Below are positions 24,805-37,200 of a stretch of DNA of 64,000 nt, one piece after another; the first letter of the stretch is position 1; each line of letters opens with the position of its first letter. Source of the DNA: Trichoplax adhaerens (lineage: Eukaryota; Animalia; Placozoa). Where the stretch lies: contig NW_002060950.1 of assembly GCF_000150275.1 (NCBI RefSeq), positions 1,352,106 to 1,416,105 of the forward strand, in the 5' to 3' direction. The position numbers and the translations under genes were made by a program. Under the pieces are notes generated by a model. The model saw only the letters and a program-made list of their open reading frames with translations, was not told the origin of the DNA and did not search any database.

Positions 24805-27800
24805 ATTTATTAAATAATATATGTATAATATCAATTAAATTTTAAGCTTTTAGCAAGAGACTTAAGTTTGACAGAAAATAAATGGCTGATAGTTATTTTG
24901 GAAAGCAAGTCAAGATACTCATACAGGCTAATATTCAAAGCACAATAGCTAGTATATCCCATAAAAACTAAATAATTTATTTTCTATAATATAAATTAAT
25001 ACAACTTCAAGATAGTCAATCCCATATTATTAGGCTTTCATGTCGATCATATATAAATCTTATTCCAATATTTAACTAAATCATCTTATGTTTGCATCTT
25101 TCAATATATCATTAAGATCTTAGTAATGTTCATTCATGAAGTATTGATTATCATTTTATTTTACTATCTGAGCTTAGAAAAGATATCTGCATAAAAAATT
25201 ACCTTGAGTATATTAACAGAATTGATAAAGTAGTTTACCATCATAAACTACTCATACATAATTCAATTAGTGACTATCATAAGTAATCTTAAGCTACAAA
25301 TTTGGGTAAAAGTTTACAGATTTTATATTAGACTAGCTGATAAGATATTTTTATTATTTTATACATTTAATTTGTATGAATCAATCAGTAGGCATATTAC
25401 TAATAATAGGTGAACTTTGTGGTGATCTGCAAGCTACATGAAAAGTGTATGACAGAGTACTGTGTGCCAGCCAACAGCACTCCGTAGCTTATTGGATACG
25501 TTATTGCTATATCATTCTTTTAAAAGAACAAATAGGAAGCCCTATGAGAGATTAAAAATTAAATTCAAGGAAAATAATTACAAGACAGTAAGATAAGGCT
25601 TGATCTACCTGTTGTAAGTCATTACATGGTCCAGTTCAGAAGTTATATTTTCAGGGGTATTGATGTACCTAATATAAATTAATTTTCACTCACGTCATCA
25701 AGTACGAGTTCCTATATTTCAAAGTTGGAACGATTACTACTTATAAAAGGTAAAATGATAAGTAATTTTATTTCTTCTAGTATAATATTCATGATTACAC
25801 TATAAGATGGAATCAATGTTGAATAAATATTTATCATAAAGCGCTAATTCTCATGCTTAAATTTTAATATCTACTTCAAACTGGTTCCGAAATACAATAA
25901 ATAGATATATTAGCAAATATGGTTATATAACTAAATAAGTGTATTTTAAGACATTTCTCTCAGATATTCTGATTATTCTCTTAAACAAGAAGCGCTTAGT
26001 TTTTATTCGGTAGTATGCCAGTTCTAAGGTAATGAATCAAGCAAAGAGGTCATATCAAAATTTACAAATAGGTTATCGCTAGTGTTGTTGGTTAATGCAT
26101 TCTGATTAATAAGATTGCACCTCACTGTTATTCCTATTTATCGACGTAAATCTAAATCATCATCAGAATTTAAATCGCTTTAATAAGCTAGATAAAATTA
26201 AAATATAATTTTAGCATTACCATGGTAGTTTTACAATTTCTTTATATTTCCTATTTTATTTTCGACTTTCCATTAGATATGATTTAAAGCTTTTAATAGA
26301 CAGAATAATGCAGTTATTACTGGTATTCAGTAAAAAATTACATTTTTCGAATACGTACCTATCTATTACTTTTAGGGGAAAATTGATTTATATTTTTAAT
26401 TCATCATATGAATCTTAATCTTGCAACCCGCAACTTGTATTTGCGCTCATAGAATATACGTTAACTATATCAATAAACTTTTATTCTCTAGTTAAGGATG
26501 TTTTTAGCTTCATTTATTCTATATATTTAAATAAAGAATACTCGTGAATAATACACTGCTCTTGCATTAGATAGATATGCAGATAGATTCCGCAGTATAC
26601 TTTTATTGTTAGTAAATCATTGCAAGGATCATGAGATTCGGTAGTAGTAACTTAATATTTTTGTCGTGATTCTGTTACAGCTCCTGAAATTGTATTTTAC
26701 CATGGTTTATAAGTTAAACCAGTTTATTACGGCTCAGTAAGTTCTTTAAATTTAGTTATAATATAAATACTTTCTGATATCTTAGTAGTGGAATCGGATT
26801 GCAGCAGACTAGGCATAGCCATCTACTTATCTATTTTTATAGGTAGCTTGATTTTAATTTATAACTCTAAGCAATCTGAGTGTTTTAGACTCGTTATATT
26901 ATCTTATTAAGTATTGAAGTACGGGCTTCACTAATCTTGCTTGAGCAAAATCACATTTGAAATCTGATTTATTTGCAAACAGCCAATAGTTGTCATACAA
27001 ACAGCAAGTGTATTTCGATAAGTGGTAAAACAAATATTGCTACTTAAATATTCAAGACAGATAAGCTACTTGAAGAGCTCTAATTAAGAATACTATCAAA
27101 GATTTGCATAATCCACTCTCGCTTGGCACTAACAACCACTAAAATTCGTAATATAGTAGAATGTAATATTAAATATTTAAATTGATTTATGAATAAGGCG
27201 GCTAACGAATTCACTGCCGGTACTGTTACATTTTTATTAATGCAAAGTATGCAATGAAAGCGGTATAGGCTTCATGTATTTGTTTCTTCTGGTCATTTTT
27301 CTTGATTAACATAACGATATTACAAGTTTTGCTATTTATTAACTCTTTTAAAGCCTTTTTAAAATTGGGAACTTTATAAGATTTGATTCGAAGTATTAAG
27401 CTGCACTTATAAATGTAATTACGTAACTAAATAATACGAAAAAGCTGGTTGTAACAGTGAATAATTAAATCAGTAATAGGAATGCATAGTGGATAAGTTG
27501 AACTTTAAACTAGTCTGTATCGTAATAATGTGTGCTTTAACTTCAAAAAGCTGATATTTGTAACGCCCTTGACAGTTGGAATTGAAGAAAATATATTAAA
27601 TACATAGATAAGAGTGGCAACTGATATAGTTACTTTTAACAAACTAACATTATGCTTTGTTATAAAGTGTAGGTAAATAATGACTAATCAATAGCAGTAG
27701 TGAAGCCGTTGAAATAATAAAACTGATCATAACGCTGTAATAATTTCATAATCAACTAATAGTGACTGAATCGTTAATTCTGAAAGATATTCGTAATAAT

Positions 27801-29836
27801 ACTATATAATCTGCTATAGATTATAATTATTTCATTGCAATAGTTAATTTTAAGAGAAATTATGTAAATTATATGCATTATAAGGAGTGAAACTGAGACA
27901 GGCAGCTTCTTTCGCCTACCATCTAAATTGCAGGCGTGGGCCAATGTCTACTCTATCTAAATTAATAAAGTATAAATCTACTAAGTTTAATGATAATATA
28001 TAATCAGTCCTGTCGCGGTGAAAAACACTATACTGCAGTAGCAATCTGAGAGATGATCACAAAACGAAGACTGAATAATATTCGGAATTTATTAATGCTG
28101 ATCTTTGGAACAGAAATTTATTTAGTTTACGATTTCCAAGTCAGTATCTCACAAAAGGGCTCAATAATTATAATAACATCTTGTATGCTATCGTATATGG
28201 ATAAAATCAAGATCAATAATCATCATATACTTTTACTTAAATTGAGAAAAAAAACTATATTTTACATCTGAATGAAAAACGAACATTTGATATCAATAAG
28301 CAAAATCTTGAGCATTCTATAGCAAGCCCATATTTTATTCTACATTCAATTATATGATCTTTTGACTTACTTTTTGCTCGATATAGTCAATTCATTACCT
28401 AATCAATAACAGTGATCAATTAATCGTAATACTTATCATTACTATATGACTCATAATAAAAATAGCGGACTATCACCTGCCGATTTAGCGAAAGAGAAAT
28501 TATTATATCTCTCACAATAATAGCTTTAAAGCTATTTCGCGAGTAACCTTATCGATATTTAAATATGAATTTATCAATAAAATTTTATTTATTTATGAAA
28601 ATTTCTTTAATGTAGCATATTTTCAAATAATGGTGTAACATGCAACTTTAATAAGAGTTCTAGCTGATCAACTAAAATATCTGCGTGTGAAACTTAAGCA
28701 AGTAAAATCAACCAATTTTATGTTTTAATTAAATTTTAGTATAATAAATCCAGCGAGATATTTCTTTTTCAATCCATATCTGCTATCTAAGCATCTATTA
28801 CTTATCTTAATTAATCTATTGAATTCTTTAGTCTAATATCTGAAAGAATAGTTTTCATTGTATAGAAATTAAGAAAAAATAATAATATCATGTTTTCTAC
28901 GTATAACCTTTTTAAATATGCTACCTATTATTTAAAGTTATATTAGAAAGCCGTACAAACTATTATATTTTAAAACAAGTTAATAATAACTTAGTTAGTT
29001 ATAGATATTCTTATAATTAATAAGTCAACAATGAAACAGAAGTTTTAGATTCACTGATTTATAGCTTTATAAGATCGTAACAAATTTTTAAATTGTTGAC
29101 AAACTTAATATACACCACGATAAAATAAAATTTTCGTCATTCTAACTTACGATGAATCAATAAGTCCAAATACATTTTAAATTATTGTAAGTCCTATTAA
29201 TAATTGCAATGAAAATAAAATTATTTAGATACGCTGACTAAGGTCATATTAATTTTTCATGCTATTGTCAGTCCTATTACTAATTAAAATGTCTGAAGCG
29301 AAATCTGAATTAAGCATATTGACTTATATGCTAAGATGACAACACATTTTTAAATGGCAATAAACGTCATTATCGATTGAAACTTAAAATTTTAATAAAT
29401 TCTTCTTCGCGTACTGATTAATTAACAATAATCTTCTAAAGAAATATATTCAACATATTTCATCTTCTGTAATTACTCAATAAGTTACTCGAAGCTTGTG
29501 TTTTGATACTATGAGATCATTGTGTCAAATCTTAGAAGACAGTAAATGAAGATTTCCGCATTTATTCCTTATAAGAACCAAGTGTGTCTTAGGCTTTTAT
29601 TGTACCATTACTGTAATAGGGTAATTCCTTTTAGTTAATGAAAATATTCAATTATTTAGGATACTTACTTAGGAGTCGTTGTGAGCAATTAGCGAAGTAA
29701 CCCTTAAAAATTTTACATAAATGACAACCAGATAAAAAAGAAAATTATATTTCGGAACATATTATTCGATATGTAACGCGCTAATTATTATTGAAACGAA
29801 GGGTATTATAAGACTTTTCATTGATAGATTTTTATT

Positions 29837-29879
29837 TCAAATGTTTATAATGTCATCATCATCCATACTGATAGGTATC
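29837..29879 (-). CDS. Putative terminal exon of receptor A encoding IPISMDDDDIINI* (acidic-cluster dileucine-like)
   Basis: ccctag acceptor, phase-2 compatible with TM exon 9 or with a putative exon 30200-30137; TGA is followed at once by AATAAA. Confidence 0.6.
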
Positions 29880-31231
29880 CTAGGGTGTAAAAATTTTAGA
29901 ATTATATCATGAAACATCTCTCTAGTTACATGGCCGAACATTTACCTAGATTAGATCAAACTTAGTAAGAAATCCTAAAATTTCAGTTAGATCTTTAATG
30001 ATATTGATAATTTATCATCATGATTCTATTTATTAGTGTTTTATTGTTAATATACATGTTTCTAATTATGGAAATCACTACGAGCTAACACAAAATGGGC
30101 TTAATTAATGCACGAAATGTATGACTGAGAACTTACTTATCAGCATGGCCTTTCAGCGCATCGAGCAGATAGATTTTTCGATGTTTATGAATATGAATAC
30201 CTAGGCACAACAATATAGAATAGGTATTTTTCAGCAATTTACTACTACAAATAAAAATTAACCACTAAGCTTTAAAGGCCTTAATAGTTTATACTATTTA
30301 TACTGCATTAAAATTAATTTACATCTACGAATCCATAAGGTACGTCAAAATCTTATAATAGATATTAATAAGAATACGATTAATAATTCTTATTACTGAT
30401 AAGATTTAAAATGCGATTGGGTTTAAATCAAGTAAAATATTGGAATAAAACTTAGGTAGCTACATTTACCAAGAAATTCTTTATTTTGTAATAATGATTT
30501 TATTACAGTAACAATAACTTTTAGTTAAATTAACATTAAGTAAACGATTCTACAATCTTTGTCCATTTTTTGCCTAAACGAAAATCGAAACTGGAATTGG
30601 ACTTGACACTGAAAGTATGAGCATTAATACAAGTCATTTACGTAGATTGATGTGAGAAATCGAGAAATTACGTGGATTAACCATCATGTTTAATAAATAA
30701 GATCACCATCATAGCTAACGCGAAAATTTTAAGTTTAGCAAGAAACAGTAAATACGGTAAATAATTGCACAACCCCACTTAATGCTAAGGTATTTGTTAA
30801 AATATCTTGATTAATTCAACGGACAGCCCTAAATAGGATTAATTTATTCTAAAATGCTGTCAACATCTCTTACACACCAATGAATGTGTTCGGAAATAAG
30901 TATTGCTAAGCAATCATTATTTCACTAACTTACTGAGCAATCATTATACCTATTTAGAAGTTATATCCATGCCAAACAACAAAATACTGAAATCATCGTA
31001 TATGTATCGGAGCTTCAAAGTTTGTGCTTATCAGGGATTTATTATAAATTAATAAATTATGATAACTACTAAAGTGCTTTTTAAAATTTTTATAGCACTA
31101 CAATTCATGATATATAAGAGAGTTATACAATATTACCGGTGTCGTATCATTCTAATAATAACGTAAGACTTTCAGTATCATAGGCAATAAAAGGACTATA
31201 TAGATGCTTATTTCAAAGTATGAGGTGTTGT

Positions 31232-34200
31232 TTATACTACACTAGAAGGCTTGCTACTATATTCTTCGCAGGCATCGTCTTCCACCAGTGCTTCAATGGG
31301 ATTACTAACTGTTCTGCGTAGCCGAATTGCACTAAATATGACATGGTAATTAATTTTAATATGTCATAAATAAAACAGTTTGCTATACAGAAGAGTCCAT
31401 ATGCTTTAGTATCATAAGAAGACTATAATATACGTACCTGAGAAAGGGTTCGTTAGTTCTTCGATATTTACAGTATACCAGCCCTATGAGTACTATAACT
31501 ATAACGGCAACGGGTAAAACAATAGCCAATGCCATACTGGATCCTAGAATATCAAATTTATAATCAACAAAGGAAATACTTTTAAATACATGCATAGAAA
31601 TACCGAATTCGTAGATGTAGGCACTAACTCAAAATTATTTCATGCATACCGTTGGAGTTCGGTGCAGGAGTGAATGCTATGCTACACGGATAACGGATCT
31701 TTTCCAATAGCTTGTTTTCTACACCACTTATGCATTGATTACCAGGAATTTTACGATATTTTGAAGTATAATAAAAGTTAGCGCCATCATCACATTCCTT
31801 CTGATCAACAGAAACAACTGAGCAATCGTGAGCTGTTGGTATAAATCCATAATTACATTCAAAATCTTCTCGTGAACAGGGGCATCGAGTAGAAGTTGTT
31901 GGGCGAACGAAAGTTTGGCCGTTATAGCAGCAAGATTCTGGCTTACGTACATGGTAAGCCATAAATACACCAACAGTACAATTTGCATAAGTATACGGAT
32001 TTCGTGGAATCCACACTCGATAATCGGAGACCTGACACCTTCGAGCCAATACACTAGTAAAATTTAGTCTAGCTAATACCCATTCGTTGGATACTTTAGT
32101 ACCATAAACAGTAGCGAATAATGATGTAAATCCTGGTTCCACAACGAGTCCAGTAATTCTAATTCTTTCGTTAGAAAATGTTAACTTTTTCCAACTACTA
32201 CCACCGTCACAGCTATAGCTAATAAAAGTTCCTGAAGCAATCTCGTCATAACCTGCTGCAACAATGACTGAGCCATGATCTAAAGCAGTAAAATAGGCGT
32301 TTCTAAATGGCATTTCTTTCCATGTATATCCACCATCATCTGATATAAACATGGAGGATAGCCTTTGACCGAAATAACTTCCCCAATTTCCAAACCCAAT
32401 AACCAATCCAGGTGAAGTTGAACTTGAGTAGAAACTGTAACGCGAGTAAAATTGTAGATGCAATGAACATGAAGGGGCAATACAGTTAATAGAATTTCCA
32501 TTACGATCCTTTTTGGGAGCTACAACATGGTGCCATTTGGCTCCTTTATCGTACGATATTTTAGTTACTGGCCTCGGAGATCTTCCGTTACTCAGTTGCG
32601 CAGCTATGTAAGTTCCGGGCATACTAGAAATTTTTCTAAATTGAACTGACGGGCTACCGAATAACCAGGTAAAATCGTGCGATGTTCGTATACGCTCGAT
32701 GGCCAATCCATAATATACCCCAGTTTCATCGGAAACATATACATTAGTTAAATTTAAAGCATGATTGACAGCAATAACAACCTCGTTATCGTCGGTATAA
32801 ACAAGTAAAAATCCCTACAAGTACAAATACCAAGAGGGATTGGATTAGTCAATGAGAATATTATAAACATTTATAGCCCAGCTATTAATAGTAAATTCTT
32901 ACACGGCGAAGGTCGAGAACTGGAAATTTGGCATGTATGAATTTGTTTCGCTTATAGGACACTAACAGCAATTCTTCTGTACTATTAACAAATGATTTCA
33001 CTTTCTACAAAATTAAACAGTTATACAAGAGATGGATAATATATATACAATATTGAGGATATTTAAGAATTAACGAATAATCGCAGCAACATTTAGTCCA
33101 TTTAAGATTATTATTGTATAAATAGTACTAATATTTACGCTATAGGTCTGTAAAACCTTGCCAATAGAAAGGTCCTAATCAATATAGCAATACTAATAAT
33201 TCTAAAATTGGTATTACAAATTCATTAGTACTAATTTAATCTTACCATGCTAAATATGTAATTATTAGAGACAACCAAACTGCCTTTTACAGTATATCCC
33301 ATCGATGCATCAAATATTCTTTTTATTCCCTTTGAAATACTATGTGCTATAACTCTAGCTACAGTCTTAGATCCAACTTTAAGTAGAACTTCATAATAAA
33401 TAGTCGTAAGATCAGAATCGAACGTTGGCAAAGCCCTAAAGAATAATTGAAGTCATGAAATATTATGCTGTTAGTAAATTTAAGTACACATAATCATCAT
33501 GCAATCACGACTTGCAGCTACTATACCAAAAGAAAGAACTAGAAACAGATTTCCTTAACAAGTTCCAAGTAGCACCATTGTCTTTCGATAGATAAAGCTA
33601 TAAAGAAATAATTTACTGTTAATACAGATGATTTTTAATTGTGAATATACCAACAGCAAGTTGTCTCTGAAAGTCGTAATTATATCATCAATGAACAATT
33701 TAAACGTATTCAGGGCTAAATTGAAGGTAATAGTTAAAAAATAAGATATCGCTGAAGAAATTTTACGTCATTACAACTACTAGAGTAAAAATTTGAATTT
33801 ACCGTTGTAGTAACGGCATCATAGCCAAGTAAATTGGAGGATGAATTATCATTACAGTACACTATCTTAGAAGGCGTAAAAGGAAGCTTGACGGCATTAC
33901 TGAAAGTGGTTCCAGCATCTGAAGAGTAATAGATTTGCTTGGCACTCTTTGATATCAATATTAGCTAAAATTTAAATAGACGAAGGAAGTTCAAATATTA
34001 ATATCCCCTAATGAATAAGATTACACCATGATTTAGTAAACCTATGTAATATAATACAATCTTAATAAATTTAAATAGATCAGTAACGGTTACTTTTTTT
34101 ATCGAACAAATCATATTAAAGTAATGAATAAATATTGATTTTTTTAATGTATTAACTTGTAAACAGTTCGATGGTAAAGAAAGCAAAACTAAATGAGATA

Positions 34201-37200
34201 TGATTGACATGGTAAGTCAATTGAAAGATTATCAGCAAATCAATAACGTCTATAGTGAGTCATTTTAATTTTCTTCGTATACGTGATAGCAATGAACTTC
34301 GTCTTTCCTATCGTCTTTAGAGTATAGTATTGTAATTAATCATTTTCCAGCTGTAGCTACATATCTAGATCATAGCTATATCTGGAGGTTGAGCCAAGAA
34401 TAGAACATTACGAGCAAAGTCCAAAATGTGAATAATTCAATTTTCGACGGTTACGAGAAGATCATAAACTCTAGTGATCAATTCCATTAAAAGCGAACGT
34501 CTATTGCACTGTGCTTGAGTGTCCATTTTGTTTACCTGCATAGGTGATAGACTATGAATAGCCATGGATGATATAATCGTATTACGGAATTGATCATAAC
34601 GCTGGAAGGATGCCCCATTATCAGCAGATCTACAGATATGTAATTCAATTAGTATCTAAGAAGCTTTAAAAAAATCAAGAATACCATCAGTGCTACTTTT
34701 AAGATTTACATCTACCACACAGAGGCTTATAATTTCAAGCTACCGTAGTTCGATAGATGTATAGCCTTAAAAGATAGACACGATCGTCCCTTTTCTATAG
34801 AGACCTATGACAACATTTTATCAGATTAAAAGATTGCTACCATCTATAAATGTGTTGTTTTACAAGTAATTGAAATCAAGAATTAGAAAGGTTTGAAATA
34901 GATTTATAGTTTCATTTCTTTCTAGCTACTTTCATACTGAATATAACTAATGTTACAGTATTTTCAATGTCAGTTTCTACACTTTTTTGAAATTATCGAA
35001 CCTACTTCAAATGACTTTGTCATTATTTGTAAAGGTTGCGCTAATGTTGACAAGTTATTTGAACATGAATGTCACCATGTTATTTTCGAATGGTAGAAAG
35101 CAGACATTTATTACTGTAGTGATCTTTTTTATCTTTCTCTAGGCTATTTAGTTTATCATCTCTATTCGTAACGGAAACATCTATGGGCGTAAGACTGGTT
35201 ATATCGATAAGTCATTAATCATCTGGCCTTTACTGCTGTAACATAGAAACAATTCAATTCGATCATACGAAGTAAGAAGTACGAATGCTGTAGCAATTAA
35301 GCTCAATACTTGAAAATCCAGCAGAATATAAATGAATCTACTGCATCATAAGCACCCATTCTAAACTTTTCATATAGTTAAGTAGCGTACTTCCTTCTTT
35401 TTTAATCATTAAAACTGAAGAATTTCAGCATCCTTTCTTGACATATCAATCTGCAGTATCACATATTAAATTATCAGACAGGCAACAATAAGCAGTAAAC
35501 GCCATATATGCATATGCTACCATCTATATCCTTCATGGCCCGCATTATTATTTTAACTGATTATGGACTTTGGTACCAATTGTATTTGATATAGGCCATA
35601 AATGCTTTTATGGTGTAAAATATATATCAAATTCCATTGTTTAGTTTGATAATTGGTAACATGGTGTACCTGTGTCTTTTAAATTACCATCTTTACGTAA
35701 TGACTTCTAAATTAAGAGTTCTTGATAAAGAATTAGTTGCATCAGAACTAGCTCATAATTAGGTTCAGTCAGGGGTCAATAGCGAATTGGTTGAAATATA
35801 CTATAGGATTATAAATTAAAAAGTATTAATGCAATAACCTTAAAGTGTATTAAATTCTGTGAATACGATATGGCTATATTCTGTAAATATTTCTATCTTA
35901 GTCCCCCCCCCCCTCTCTCTTCAATGGCCGGTGTCTTACATATCGACAGCAAGAGATCTAAGGGCTATCGTATAAAGTACCACATTAACCGTTCACTATT
36001 ATCAACATTGAACAAGAGAGTAAATTATATCAGCATCGTCAAAACAAGTACATTTACATAATTAAATACATTATACATTAATGCATTATTTATTATCCAT
36101 TGATGAATTGACTCGTTCATCCTACTCATTGCAAGACTATCGATTGTTAACAGATTTTATCGTATAGACTATGCCGATGTTATTGAGCAATGGCTATCTA
36201 ATAATAGACTACAGAAATACCTTTGTCTACTAAAACTTGATGTTGCCATGCTTGGAAAATGAGACAAATCTTTGATGCAAGCAAGTAGGCAACAAGGGAC
36301 TATAGTGTCGCAGTATTATCCTTTTCGACCAGATAATACTATACCGACAAGTGCACTAGTATTTTGGATATTCTAATTTCAATCTATTCCTTGCATAAAG
36401 TGATTTAATCGAATCTTTCATCAAAATGATCAGGTGATGTTGCTTTATTGAAAATCAAACACTGCAGGAGTTAAAATACAAAGCAAGATAAAAGCTTACC
36501 TATAGACAGTAGTGTCGGTGATTGCATAGCCTTTGCGTTTGATGGTTATTATAATAATAAACTTGAAAAAAGAAGATCAAAGTTATATTAAGTCAATTTA
36601 TCGCATAAAAGAAAGTAGTCTATATCAGAACTAAGACTACTGTTAAATTAAAAGAAAGCATGAGTTGATTGTTACTCTATCAACGTAAAAGCAATCTAAA
36701 GTTGCTAACTACTCAGATATCATAATAACGTAAAATAGCGAGGTGACTATAATTCATAAATAGTCATTCATATCCTGCCTATGCATAGAGAAAGGTCGGA
36801 GTTTATTATCCATGTCGATTTTCGGCGACTTTACGAATTACGCATGCAATTCATTGTTTTCATTACATAATACTTTTGTTTAAAGGACTAAAAACTTTCT
36901 TTTCAACACAAACGTTAACGCATGGATATATGCAACGTTTATAGATCGGGACAAAGCTGTCGATTTCTAGTCCTAACATGACAAAGATCGTGAAGGCTAA
37001 GTAAGAACGCCTTCTGTCTATTTATTGCAGCTGATGATATTATGAGCAAGAAGGAAATACATTTGAGCCGATACAATAAGTGTCGAATGTAGGATACAAC
37101 TAAATCAGCTATAATGGATTTGAAATTCGCTTGCTTGTTCTGCAAGCGACAGTGTAATGGATTCATAAAGAAAGCAAATCAACATTAATGAAGTTACAAT

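Noticed and set aside
31137-31151. Possible 15-nt microexon (NDTTP) in the receptor A tail
   Set aside because: AG/GT flanks exist but I found no convincing in-phase downstream partner; unsupported without RNA data
31728-32501. Alternative-frame ORFs inside receptor A exon 8
   Set aside because: Shadow frames of a real coding exon
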